DNA of 64,000 nt, taken from an uncultured Candidatus Bathyarchaeia archaeon. Lineage in GTDB: Archaea; Thermoproteota; Bathyarchaeia; Bathyarchaeales; Bathycorpusculaceae. The translations under genes were made by a program, and so were the position numbers. The notes below the pieces were generated by a model. The model saw nothing but the letters and a program-made list of their open reading frames with translations. It made no database searches and was not told where the DNA came from. The DNA is taken from assembly GCA_964450845.1 (NCBI GenBank), contig CAYVGZ010000001.1, forward strand, positions 15,060 to 79,059, given 5' to 3'. Below, in pieces: positions 27,202 to 37,182 of this stretch. Each line of letters begins with the position of its first letter. The first letter of the stretch is position 1.

Positions 27202-27956
27202 TGGACTATACACTTAGTATTAATCAGAATGTATTATCAATAATACCAGCTAGCGGACTGAGTTATAATACGCAGTATACTGTATATCTTGATGCAAATA
27301 TTTCTGGGTATAATCCACTTACTAGTGGATATTATGCTATGGATTCAGATTATTCATTCTGGTTTACTGGTCCCTATTGTCCTCAGTTTACTACGGTTAC
27401 TAGAATTAGACTAGAGGTTGGTCCTAACGGCGATAATTTAATAGACGATACAATCCATAGAATGATTCTAAAGAATTCGCAAGATGCGTTAGAACTATTA
27501 GCTGTATCTACTAATAGTACTTCTCGTGTTCCATACTCTGTTTATGGATGCTCATGGGAAGATGTGCCATATATTCTTAGAAGATATGTTGAGTGTAAAA
27601 CTGCATATGATATATTAGCACTAATAGAATTAGTTAATAATTCAGGTGGCGCCGCAGGGTTTCAACTAAAAACTTTAGGAGATATGACTATTCGGTATGG
27701 TGGGCCAAATGCTGCAAGTAGTAAGATTGATCCTGGAAAGAAAAAACAATTATATGACTGCTGGATGGAAATGTTAGCAGCAATTAAAGCACTAACAATT
27801 AATAGTGCTGTTAGAGGTTGGTACGATGTTTCTAAAGGATATCCTCACCCTACATTCAATCCAGATCATAACCGAGTAATCAGAACAGTAGATTTTATTA
27901 ATTCTCAACCCTACGGACCATGGGAACGCGCAAGATACTGGAGGTCTAATATATAA
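27201..27956 (+). CDS. Structural protein starting with the second half of an Ig-like domain (head-tail connector candidate)
   Basis: N-terminus MDYTLSINQNVLSIIPASGLSYNTQYTVYLDANI...YSFWFTG mirrors the C-terminal half of the Ig domain in the upstream ORF. Confidence 0.45.
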   Translation: MDYTLSINQNVLSIIPASGLSYNTQYTVYLDANISGYNPLTSGYYAMDSDYSFWFTGPYCPQFTTVTRIRLEVGPNGDNLIDDTIHRMILKNSQDALELLAVSTNSTSRVPYSVYGCSWEDVPYILRRYVECKTAYDILALIELVNNSGGAAGFQLKTLGDMTIRYGGPNAASSKIDPGKKKQLYDCWMEMLAAIKALTINSAVRGWYDVSKGYPHPTFNPDHNRVIRTVDFINSQPYGPWERARYWRSNI

Positions 27957-28510
27957 TGGCACTAACATGGACATTTGACACTTCTAGTACAGATAATTAT
28001 CTTAATCAAGGCCTTTATGGAGGTTTCGGTCAAGGAGAAGGAATTGATCTTAGGATAGAGCTTAATAGAATTTTATATGGTACGATGGGAAAGAAACCTA
28101 AGGGACATTGGGTTATGCTTAGAAAATTTGATACCAGCAAGCCCTCAACTACTTACAACAAATATACCCATGAAGGTGTAGACGGTCCAGCATATGACTA
28201 TACAGATGTTATAGTAAGAACTAGATGTGTTCCAGTTTCTAAGAGATCAGATGCGTTAGAACCAATAAAGCCAGGCATAGCCATAGGCGATATGTATACT
28301 TACTACTTTGAATATACAGTTAATCCAAAGATTGGGTATGAAATTCTAGAACCAGACCCTACCTTTGATCATACAACTACATCTCCTAATTTTACTGATA
28401 TACTATTTTGTAATAAACTTACTATTAAACGAGTCCATCCTTATAGGCTAGAAAACGGTAACATACAGTACTGGGCTTGTGTATGTGAAATAGACCAAGT
28501 GAGGTTCTAA
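27956..28510 (+). CDS. Head-tail joining module protein (hypothetical)
   Basis: TAATG-coupled 184-aa ORF. Called on position only. Confidence 0.4.
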   Translation: MALTWTFDTSSTDNYLNQGLYGGFGQGEGIDLRIELNRILYGTMGKKPKGHWVMLRKFDTSKPSTTYNKYTHEGVDGPAYDYTDVIVRTRCVPVSKRSDALEPIKPGIAIGDMYTYYFEYTVNPKIGYEILEPDPTFDHTTTSPNFTDILFCNKLTIKRVHPYRLENGNIQYWACVCEIDQVRF

Positions 28511-29406
28511 TGATAAATCTAGCTATTAAAGATGCACCAGACTTTAGTTTTATAATAGTTGAAAATACTGCCAATAAACCAGACATGAAGATTATACAGT
28601 GGGACGCTGAACATAGAAGATTAAGGTCTGTTGGAGAAATTTCTACTATTTTAGAGATGAATACATTGATGAGCAAATCTCTCAATATTATTGCTCCTTT
28701 AGGAGAAGCCACTCAGCATTATACTGGGCAACCAATGTATAATCAGAGTGGAATATTTTTCGCTCCTGACTTTCCAGACTTCTTACTTCCTTTAGATAAT
28801 CCAAGTTATAAGACAGCGCCAGGGGTTGTAAGCAATGCTATCACTTGGGGCAATGTAAGGAAAGAACCTGGAACGATGAGCGGAAAACCATTTAGGGGAA
28901 CACAAGAGATTAAACCTAGATATCGAGAATTTATAGCAGTGTTTGGAGATTATGCCAAACAGTGGGTAATTGGTAGTAATGTTTCATCATTAGAGGGGTA
29001 TGGAGAGTTAACGGGATATGTCAAAATTTCAGCTCAGGCATTTGATAATTTAGTTCAATATAATATATGGGCTAGGTCAAATTATGAGGTGGAAGAATTA
29101 ACGGAGTGGTTCGAAGAATATATGGAACAGTATACTGGCATGTTTAGAGAAGCTGGTATTGTTCAAATGGTCTTCGATAGGAGAGTTCGAGATGATACGC
29201 TGGTTCAAATGAAAAACGGCTATCATGTAAGGTCTGTCCTATACTACGTTAGAACCGAAAGGGTTCGAGTGGAATCGATTTCTCCTATAAAAAGAATCGA
29301 TTTGAAAATCAATGTAAATGATCTCATGAGCGTTTCAAATGCTTTGAAGGATCATATTATTGATACCAACCTGTATGACAGGATTCTTAATAAGTGGCAT
29401 CAATAA
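28510..29406 (+). CDS. Head-tail joining/tail terminator module protein (hypothetical)
   Basis: TAATG-coupled 298-aa ORF directly upstream of the sheath gene. Called on position only. Confidence 0.4.
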   Translation: MINLAIKDAPDFSFIIVENTANKPDMKIIQWDAEHRRLRSVGEISTILEMNTLMSKSLNIIAPLGEATQHYTGQPMYNQSGIFFAPDFPDFLLPLDNPSYKTAPGVVSNAITWGNVRKEPGTMSGKPFRGTQEIKPRYREFIAVFGDYAKQWVIGSNVSSLEGYGELTGYVKISAQAFDNLVQYNIWARSNYEVEELTEWFEEYMEQYTGMFREAGIVQMVFDRRVRDDTLVQMKNGYHVRSVLYYVRTERVRVESISPIKRIDLKINVNDLMSVSNALKDHIIDTNLYDRILNKWHQ

Positions 29407-29425
29407 ACGATGGAGGATATAAATA

Positions 29426-32176
29426 ATGGCTAGAGAAAGAACCATACCATCTACAAGTACCTTTATTCAGGACTTTGGATTGAATGTCACTCCGCCTCCA
29501 GCAACTAGAAATAGGAAAGTGGTAATACTTGGAACAGCAGAAGATGGTCCAATGTATGAACCAGTTCTTATCGATAAACCAGAAGACGCCGAATTTGTTT
29601 GGGGTCGTAATGGTGCTGGTGACCTTGTACGAGGTATATTTGAGGCTTGGGATGTTCAGACTGGATATCCTACTGTTGTAGGTGTTAGAATTGGAAACGG
29701 AGAAAAAGCTTCTCTAGAAATTAATGAATCAACTGGAACTGGTGTGGATCTTCCACAGGCAGTTGCTAGTGCCGCATTAAAGCTAGAGGCTCGTTATCCT
29801 GGAGCTATATATAATCAAGTTACTATTGGATATAATGACAACCGCGAGGTTGCTATTTACAATCCAAAGACTGGTTTAACATCAACTTTTACAGTAGATA
29901 CAGAACATCCAAATAATCCTAATGTAGACGCACATAATGTTTCAGAACTTGTAGACGCTATTAATAATGATAGAAATCTACGATCAATTCTGATTGCATC
30001 ATATGAGCCTCTGCAGGCAGACTATGAAGTCATGATCAGTGGTACCTCCGTAGGAGTGACAAACCAAGAAAACAAGGTAGCTATAAGTCTTGGAGATATA
30101 CTTGAGAATAATTACGTAACAGTTAGTGGATTCATGATCACAGCTCCTGAAGGTACTGGTGTTACATCTGCAAATAACTTAGTTGAGCTTGAATTAGTTG
30201 AAGCTGTTAGTATTTCTGAATGGGAAGACCTAGAAAATAAGGGAGTAGTTAATACTAACCTTAATCTTATGCCTCTTGATGGCAAAGGTCAATCTCGTTG
30301 GGATACTATTCAGGCAATGAAAGACTACGATGCTGACAACTATTGGCAGCACTCGCCATCTGGAAACGTTGTTTCTGAATACATTTACTCACTAAAATAT
30401 GAGTTTATGGATGGTGGAAATGGCGAAGGGGGTCCAACTGAGTCTGGCGGACTTTCTGGAGTAACCAATCAGTTTAGAATAGCAGTTCCTATTTGTCTTG
30501 ACGACAGTGAAGAAGCTGGCGGCACAAATATAGCTTCTGGTTATATTGTTAGCCTAGCAGGATCTACTTATAAGGATTATCAGGGATCTTGGACAGATGC
30601 AACCTGCCAAGCAATTGATACTAAGCTAGTAGACGGTTATGAAGTTAGACCATCTGGTCTAATTAAGGTATATGTAAGCGATGATTCTGATATAAACGGA
30701 TTCTGGAGTGAGCTTCCATATAGCGAGAACTCAGGTGTATACATGAGCGGATATGCTGATGGTTATGCAACCTTTGCTCTTGGAAGCGGACTAATCGCAG
30801 GTACAATTAGTGGAGTAATGAGACGTCTAGTAGATGCTAGCGGAGTAATTCTTCCTAATAAGTATCTACGCGTATCTGCTAATACTGTTAAAGGAACTCT
30901 TGGCGAAGTGGAAACACTTCCAGAACTAGAAGATGCAGGCAGCTCAGCTCTTGCTACTTACTTTGTTCGTGGTCAAGAAATTCTATTTAACAAAGCTCCA
31001 GATTTTGACATGATTGTTAACTATGGAACTCGTACAACATACGAACCAGGATCAACAGTAAGCGTGTCAGATATAACTAATGGAGAGATCTCCTTTACTG
31101 TATCAGGTCTATTACCAGGTCCAGCAGGCGGAATGTTGTCTGATACTCAGGTTTCATATCTGAGATTTAGATACACCTATATGCCAAACTGGCCAGACAT
31201 CACATCTGCAGCAAAGAGTCTTTCTGGTGGTAAGAACGGAAACGTTCTTTCTGGTAGAGAAAGACGCGATGAACTTCAAAAGGCGTACGACCTATTGAGG
31301 AACTACGATGGCGAAATTTGGGTACCAATGGGTGCGTTTATTGACGCAACTACAGAAAGGTTCAATCCAATCACAGGACTCAAAGAAACCGTACCAGTAG
31401 GGTATCATACTCAAATAGAAGACTTCTTAGAAGATCTATCTATTAACTCACTACAGCCACATGCGGTCCTTGGTGTATCACCAATGACTGAAGTGACACA
31501 AGCTAATAAAGATAAGTGGGTCGAGAAACTTACTGTAACTGATATAAACGATCCTAATCGTGGTTCTAATATCATGAGTTTGATACAGAATAAGTTTATG
31601 TCAGTGGTAGCGTTTGAACCAATATTCTTTAACATTGGAAGAGGACAACCATATACAGCTAATGGTCAGGCAGCTTATGCAGGACTTATTTCTAGCTTAC
31701 CATATGATATATCTCCAACCAACAAGTCGTTAAGGGGTATTTCAAGTGCAAGATTTGGACTATCTGTTTCTCAATACGAAGCAATGAATAGTATGAGATA
31801 CGTTACACTTAAGACAAGATCTGGACGCGCTCCAGTGATTGTTGAAGACGTAACAGCCGCTCCTTATGGCTCCGACTTTGTAAACTGGTCAACATTCAGT
31901 ATTACAAAGGAAGCGTCAGATAGAGTAAAAGCAGTAGCAAACGAATTCATTGGAAGACCAAATAGCGTAGAGATTAGAACTTCGCTTGAGCAATTGATTG
32001 CTAATGCACTTAATAACATGGACGGATTGAGAGCATTCGACTTCTCACTAACATCAAGTCCAACTCAACAGGTTCTTGGTATTATAGAAGTTGATTTAAT
32101 TCTAGTTCCAATCTTCACAATCAAGAAGATCAGAACAACTGTTAAGCTTAGGAAGAATTTGCCTACTAACAGATAA
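29426..32176 (+). CDS. Contractile tail sheath protein (large, 916 aa)
   Basis: N-terminus RKVVILGTAEDGPMYEPVLIDKPEDAEFVWG...LVRGIFEAW...TVVGVRI follows the sheath N-terminal pattern seen in T4 gp18 (AxxG...GP...V...FG...VVR). Lies directly upstream of the tube-like genes. The baseplate J and gp25 genes downstream confirm a contractile tail. Confidence 0.65.
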   Translation: MARERTIPSTSTFIQDFGLNVTPPPATRNRKVVILGTAEDGPMYEPVLIDKPEDAEFVWGRNGAGDLVRGIFEAWDVQTGYPTVVGVRIGNGEKASLEINESTGTGVDLPQAVASAALKLEARYPGAIYNQVTIGYNDNREVAIYNPKTGLTSTFTVDTEHPNNPNVDAHNVSELVDAINNDRNLRSILIASYEPLQADYEVMISGTSVGVTNQENKVAISLGDILENNYVTVSGFMITAPEGTGVTSANNLVELELVEAVSISEWEDLENKGVVNTNLNLMPLDGKGQSRWDTIQAMKDYDADNYWQHSPSGNVVSEYIYSLKYEFMDGGNGEGGPTESGGLSGVTNQFRIAVPICLDDSEEAGGTNIASGYIVSLAGSTYKDYQGSWTDATCQAIDTKLVDGYEVRPSGLIKVYVSDDSDINGFWSELPYSENSGVYMSGYADGYATFALGSGLIAGTISGVMRRLVDASGVILPNKYLRVSANTVKGTLGEVETLPELEDAGSSALATYFVRGQEILFNKAPDFDMIVNYGTRTTYEPGSTVSVSDITNGEISFTVSGLLPGPAGGMLSDTQVSYLRFRYTYMPNWPDITSAAKSLSGGKNGNVLSGRERRDELQKAYDLLRNYDGEIWVPMGAFIDATTERFNPITGLKETVPVGYHTQIEDFLEDLSINSLQPHAVLGVSPMTEVTQANKDKWVEKLTVTDINDPNRGSNIMSLIQNKFMSVVAFEPIFFNIGRGQPYTANGQAAYAGLISSLPYDISPTNKSLRGISSARFGLSVSQYEAMNSMRYVTLKTRSGRAPVIVEDVTAAPYGSDFVNWSTFSITKEASDRVKAVANEFIGRPNSVEIRTSLEQLIANALNNMDGLRAFDFSLTSSPTQQVLGIIEVDLILVPIFTIKKIRTTVKLRKNLPTNR

Positions 32177-32181
32177 ATAAT

Positions 32182-32203
32182 GTAGGGGAGGAAACTCCCC
32201 TAC
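32182..32203 (+). other. Stable GAAA-tetraloop stem-loop after the sheath gene (RNA stabiliser or weak terminator)
   Basis: GTAGGGGAG-GAAA-CTCCCCTAC, a 9-bp stem. No clear T-run follows. Confidence 0.5.
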
Positions 32204-32227
32204 TTCCAACTAAATTGGAGGTATATT

Positions 32228-32965
32228 GTGGCTAATAGTGCACCATTTAGCACATTAACGGACATTAATGAGGGTATCAAGCAGACATACAATTCCAATT
32301 CTGGTTGTGATATCGTAGCTACTCTTGACGGAGTTTTACTTGGGAACTTGAATGGTATATCATTCTCAACTACTCGTGAAAAAGCTCCTATATATGTAAT
32401 GGGCAGCGTAGACGCAGTTTCATTTGGTAGAGGCAAGCGTGGTCATGCAGGATCATTGATCTTTACAAACTTTGATCGTCATGCTCTCTATGACATCATG
32501 GAAGGCGCATCTACAAGTGGTCTAAGCGAAGATCAAAAGAAAAGATATTACTACTGGAAGAAGAACACAGACATTCCTGCAGGTGGAAGAAGCAAGTTCC
32601 TAAAAGGCGCAAGCGACATTGACTTGAGCGCACTTGGAATTACTCTTGCTCCGCCAAACTATAGCGACCAGATTCCTCCTTTCACAATTACGCTAACAGG
32701 CATGAACGAATATGGAAACGTAAACGTAATGCACATTCTAGGTGTAGAATTGATTAACGAAGGTTCTGGTGTTTCTATTGACGATATTGTTACAGAAACT
32801 CAGATGACGTTTGTAGCTAGAGCAATTCTAGGCTGGAAGCCTCTGTTCAGAGCAGCAGCTGGTGGTCCAGAAACTTATAGTGTAGATAATAGTGACATTG
32901 TTGAAAGGCTAAGGAAGTTAACCGCTGTACAGCAGGCAGAAGATACTGTAGTAAATTTAAGTTAA
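32228..32965 (+). CDS. Tail tube protein candidate (paralog 1)
   Basis: GTG start with SD GGAGG. SFSTTREKAPIYVMG...AGSLIFTNFDRHALYDIM...DQIPPFTITLTGMNEYG...ILGVELINEG. Clear paralog of the next ORF. Confidence 0.5.
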   Translation: MANSAPFSTLTDINEGIKQTYNSNSGCDIVATLDGVLLGNLNGISFSTTREKAPIYVMGSVDAVSFGRGKRGHAGSLIFTNFDRHALYDIMEGASTSGLSEDQKKRYYYWKKNTDIPAGGRSKFLKGASDIDLSALGITLAPPNYSDQIPPFTITLTGMNEYGNVNVMHILGVELINEGSGVSIDDIVTETQMTFVARAILGWKPLFRAAAGGPETYSVDNSDIVERLRKLTAVQQAEDTVVNLS

Positions 32966-33027
32966 TTTGAAATTAATAAGCCTTAGTCTTTGAAAATTGA
33001 CTATGGCTTATTATATCTTGGAGAAGA

Positions 33028-34176
33028 ATGGCATTTGAAAACACCATAGCAGGAAAGATTGTGAATGATGTCGGAGATCGTACTGGAATTAATGATCTCA
33101 GTAAAGGCATTAAAGATGGAGATCCCGACCTAATTATTAACAGTCTTAATACTCTTAGAGGAGGCCCAAGACCGTATCTTGTTGATAATCCAATTAGAGA
33201 TGCTATTGTTGAAGCCAATTCGTCTTTTAGTGGAACCGACTGTATTCCTATTGCTCAAGTTAATGACAAATTAATAATGCTTGGCAACGTTGCCACTTTT
33301 TCATATTCCATTTTTAGAGAAAAATCTCCTGTAAGAACGCTTGGTCGATCATATGCAAAGGGCTATACGGCAGGTCCAAGAACAATTGCGGGTTCAATAA
33401 TTTTCATAGTATTCGATAGAAATCCTTTATATGAGATTTTAAATGCTCTTGATTATGATAAAGGTCCGCCTAATGATCGTTATTCTACCCCTGTAGCTGA
33501 CCAGATTCCGCCAATAGACTTGATACTTTGGTTTAGCAATGAATATGGCCATAAATCTGTTCTTAGATTATATGGCGTAGAATTCTTGCAAGAAGGTCAG
33601 ACTCATTCTATTAATGACTTGTATACTGAAAATGTTATGCAGTATGTAGCTAAAGATATGGACGTTTTACTAAACTATAAAGACGTAGAAGGTTTTAGAA
33701 ACTTATTATACGAACGCCAGATATCTGGACAATTTACTGATAATCATCTTACATCTATGTTAGAGTATCAAAAGAAAATTCAACAGCAAATAACAGATGT
33801 AAATGTTAAAATCCATAATATACAACAAGAACGAGGCAAACGCGGATTGGTTACCTTTGGTATTTCTGAATTACCGTTTGCTAATAAGGACCTCAAGAGA
33901 GAATATGAAAAGCAGCTAAAGATAAAGAGCTATCTTGTTTTAGAGCTTGATAAAATAAATACAGCAATTATATATCATCAAGAAAATGTATATGGCTGGA
34001 ATCCTGGAACTAAAGCAGAAGCTACAATGGGTCATGACCGACTAGCGGCGGAAAAGCTTACATCAGGAGCAAATCTACAACCATCTAGTACAAATATGGA
34101 TAGTCCCGAATTTATTGCTGAATATAATGAAGCAGTACGAGCTCGTACAGAATATCTAGCTACGCGTAAGGAATAA
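33028..34176 (+). CDS. Tube-like paralog 2 with coiled-coil C-terminal extension
   Basis: TFSYSIFREKSPVRTLG...AGSIIFIVFDRNPLYEIL...DQIPPIDLILWFSNEYG...LYGVEFLQEG aligns block by block with paralog 1. Confidence 0.5.
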   Translation: MAFENTIAGKIVNDVGDRTGINDLSKGIKDGDPDLIINSLNTLRGGPRPYLVDNPIRDAIVEANSSFSGTDCIPIAQVNDKLIMLGNVATFSYSIFREKSPVRTLGRSYAKGYTAGPRTIAGSIIFIVFDRNPLYEILNALDYDKGPPNDRYSTPVADQIPPIDLILWFSNEYGHKSVLRLYGVEFLQEGQTHSINDLYTENVMQYVAKDMDVLLNYKDVEGFRNLLYERQISGQFTDNHLTSMLEYQKKIQQQITDVNVKIHNIQQERGKRGLVTFGISELPFANKDLKREYEKQLKIKSYLVLELDKINTAIIYHQENVYGWNPGTKAEATMGHDRLAAEKLTSGANLQPSSTNMDSPEFIAEYNEAVRARTEYLATRKE

Positions 34177-34178
34177 AT

Positions 34179-35687
34179 ATGGCAAGCAAACAAATGAAAA
34201 CCGCCGACTTTAACGAGGCTACGGTTGAAAGAAATTCAAGTCTTAGAAATACTAATAATGCCATATCTACTATTCAACAAAATGCTAATGAAGCCTTCTT
34301 TAAATCATATAAAGAACAACAGAGTCCAGACCCTGAAAGTCCAGAAAGAAAGAACTATAGAACATATCCATATGATTATTTTTCTGGAATTGATGCTAAA
34401 GTATTCTTTGGTGATGTCTGGGTAGACGACATAATTACAATACAATATACTGTTTCTCAAAATAAGATACCAATTTATGGTTATGCTTCGCAGCTTTATG
34501 ATGCAGTAGCAAGAGGAACAGTTATAGTAAACGGATCGGTTACTATTGCTTTTAAAGAAATGGGTTACCTGAACATGGTTCAACGACTCATTGATACTCA
34601 GCAACAGGGAGCAGTTTCTGCTCTTGAACAAACTGTTAGGAAGTACGCAGCTAAGGCAGCAGAGAACCGCCTTCAGTTTATACCAAATCTTCAAGGAACT
34701 CCAGACAGAAATGGAGAAAATGTTGGAGGCTTAGATAAGCTTGGTTTTTCTCCTACTGGCACAGCTCAGATAATTAGACAAGCTGAGACAATTGAAAGTA
34801 TATTACAGAGAAAAAAAGGTGGAAATAAAGGAGAAGGTAATATCATTTCTGCTGGCCTAGGCGCAGCTTATTTTGATGAGACTAATCCAAATGGCAACAG
34901 AGATTTTGAAGACTTTGCTGAAATACTGGAAGATACTATTTGGGGAGATAGTAATGGTAGACCTCTTGGAAAAACTCTAAAGTACAGAAGAGCGGATGAG
35001 TTTGATTATAAATGGGGTACAAGAGGAGAAGATACAGGGGCAGTAAAAGTTGGTCGAGACGACTATGCTGGTTGTCTTAACATACTAATGACCTTTGGTG
35101 ATATGAATGATTTTAGGGCAGAGCACACAGTCATAGCTTTAAATGATGTACACTTTTTGTCACAAAGCGTTATCTTGTCTCCTACTGGAGATCCTATTGG
35201 GGAAACATATAATTTCTTTGCTAGAGATATTAATCAAAATATAACTAGTAAGACCTTTAATGTTCCTGAAATAAAGTTTCAACTTGGAGATGGTGTAAGC
35301 CCATCAAAACTAGCAGACATCGAAGCATTACAAAACTATATAGATTATAAAGAAAGTATTAAAGAGATTAAGATTTATACAGTTGCTTCTTTCCGAGAAG
35401 GAGAAGAGTGGGTTACACAAAGAAGTCAAAAACCAATAGTCTCTAGCACATCTATTAACTTTAACTCTCGAGAACCATTCACTGATCAGCTTATCAGAAT
35501 AGTAGAAAATCTTATTAATAATATATCTTATTCAGAAATCGATACAACATATGCTCAACATATTCTTGAAGTAGAAATTGTATCAGCTGCAGATCCAGGA
35601 CTTGTGGATACGTATGGCGGGCTATCTGAAGCGACTGTTACTCCTGGAAACCCTATTATGAGAAATCAAGAAGGAGAACTACAATAA
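34179..35687 (+). CDS. Distant tube-like paralog 3 (502 aa)
   Basis: IQYTVSQNKIPIYGYAS...GSVTIAFKEMGYLNMV and ...LNILMTFGDMN...GDPIGETYNFFARDI follow the same block order as paralogs 1 and 2, with large insertions. Confidence 0.35.
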   Translation: MASKQMKTADFNEATVERNSSLRNTNNAISTIQQNANEAFFKSYKEQQSPDPESPERKNYRTYPYDYFSGIDAKVFFGDVWVDDIITIQYTVSQNKIPIYGYASQLYDAVARGTVIVNGSVTIAFKEMGYLNMVQRLIDTQQQGAVSALEQTVRKYAAKAAENRLQFIPNLQGTPDRNGENVGGLDKLGFSPTGTAQIIRQAETIESILQRKKGGNKGEGNIISAGLGAAYFDETNPNGNRDFEDFAEILEDTIWGDSNGRPLGKTLKYRRADEFDYKWGTRGEDTGAVKVGRDDYAGCLNILMTFGDMNDFRAEHTVIALNDVHFLSQSVILSPTGDPIGETYNFFARDINQNITSKTFNVPEIKFQLGDGVSPSKLADIEALQNYIDYKESIKEIKIYTVASFREGEEWVTQRSQKPIVSSTSINFNSREPFTDQLIRIVENLINNISYSEIDTTYAQHILEVEIVSAADPGLVDTYGGLSEATVTPGNPIMRNQEGELQ

Positions 35688-36826
35688 TGTCTAATCCTCT
35701 TAGATTTGTTGTTCAGCAACAGATAGCTGGAACCTATACCTATAAAGTTATATATCCAACTAGGAATAACTTTGCCGCTGTTAATATATTTGATAGAGAA
35801 ACTATGTGGGCTCCAATCACAGCAGAACAGCTTCAGGCTAATAAAGATAAAGAAGCCATTTTAAAGAATGAAGAAGCAGCAAGAAAAGTACAAGATGCAG
35901 AAAATAATCAGAATTTAGAAGATAAGAATAAGCCAGTTTCTACAGATCCTGTTACAGCTGATAATATAAAATCAGCTGAATCAATTAAAGAATCAATTAA
36001 ACAAGATGCACAGACTTCCGCCCCATCAGATGCAACGCGCGTAGAACAAGGCGAGCTTGGACCTGCCACTCAAAAGAAACCTGGAGAAACAGACCAAGAG
36101 TTTGCAGAACGAATTTTTCTTGGATCAGGTGCAGAACCAAGCGCGGTATCTGAACAACAAGTTCAAGTTGATAAATTCAATGGTGGTAAAAGTGGCGGTA
36201 GTGGGGCAAGTGGTACATATGAATCTAATTCTGAAGCAGCAGCAAGAGAATCGCTCGCTAGAGAAGAAAAGCTTTCTGAATCACAGGCGACTATACCTGA
36301 GACCACAATAATTACTCCTAATATAGATACTTTTAATCTAAGTTTAGAAGAGCAAGCTAAACTAGCAGAGGCCCAAGTTTCACAAAACCCTACACCAGCT
36401 AATGCTCAGAGCTCTGGTAAACTAAAACAAGCACTAAAAAAGTATTATAATATTGAAACAAAGAGTGAAGCGGTTAATGTTGACGCATTAAAGACGGAAG
36501 CAATTAATGCCGCTATAGCTTCTAGTAAGATATATCAAAAGTATAAAAAAACTGCGATAATTACTAGCGCATATGATAGCTTTGAAGAGCATGCTATTAA
36601 TTCTGCCCATAGGGACGGAAGAGCTATAGACTTACAAACTCAAAGGCTAGGCCTAACACCAGAAGAAAAGATCTCTATAGCCAATGATATTCAAAAAGAA
36701 TTAAATAACATATCATATGGCTATACTGTTTTACTTGAAGATAGGGGCGGAGAATCAGAACATATTCATATACAATTTAACGGTACCTCACAAGATGATG
36801 TGCAACGAAATATACTAGATGAGTAA
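35687..36826 (+). CDS. Tail-module protein with C-terminal M15-type zinc peptidase domain (virion-associated lysin candidate)
   Basis: ITSAYDSFEEHAINSAHRDGRAIDL...GGESEHIHIQF. This is the SxHxxGxAxD ... HxH pattern of M15A/VanY-like peptidases. The N-terminal half is low-complexity. Confidence 0.55.
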   Translation: MSNPLRFVVQQQIAGTYTYKVIYPTRNNFAAVNIFDRETMWAPITAEQLQANKDKEAILKNEEAARKVQDAENNQNLEDKNKPVSTDPVTADNIKSAESIKESIKQDAQTSAPSDATRVEQGELGPATQKKPGETDQEFAERIFLGSGAEPSAVSEQQVQVDKFNGGKSGGSGASGTYESNSEAAARESLAREEKLSESQATIPETTIITPNIDTFNLSLEEQAKLAEAQVSQNPTPANAQSSGKLKQALKKYYNIETKSEAVNVDALKTEAINAAIASSKIYQKYKKTAIITSAYDSFEEHAINSAHRDGRAIDLQTQRLGLTPEEKISIANDIQKELNNISYGYTVLLEDRGGESEHIHIQFNGTSQDDVQRNILDE

Positions 36827-36847
36827 CCTTTCTTCAAAGGAGGAAAA

Positions 36848-37159
36848 ATGAAAGAAGAAAAGATAACAAAAGAACAGATCGAAAAGTGGAAGAACGATTA
36901 TAAGTTTGTTTACAGAGCAACTATTGATAACGTAGATTATTATTTTAGAACGTTATCTAGAGATGATTATTTATCTATATCAGCAAAGCAAGCAACTCTT
37001 GGTCAAGGTCTAGACTATGAGCTTGAAACTGTAAAGGTTTGCCTATTAAATGATATAGATGAGGCAACACTTAAGGCTAAGTCAGGTATAGTTACGATTC
37101 TCTCTGAAAAAATAATGACTCGATCAGGCTTTTTACAAGTCGAAGAAGAAGAGCTATAA
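36848..37159 (+). CDS. Tail assembly chaperone-position protein (103 aa)
   Basis: Small acidic ORF two genes upstream of the tape-measure-position gene. Called on position only. Confidence 0.35.
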   Translation: MKEEKITKEQIEKWKNDYKFVYRATIDNVDYYFRTLSRDDYLSISAKQATLGQGLDYELETVKVCLLNDIDEATLKAKSGIVTILSEKIMTRSGFLQVEEEEL

Positions 37160-37182
37160 TCGTTTAAGTTAGAAAAGAGGAG

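Noticed and set aside
32975-33012. AATAAGCC...GGCTTATT inverted repeat after the first tube gene as a terminator.
   Set aside because: It has an 8-bp AT-rich stem, a 22-nt loop and no T-run, which is too weak to call.
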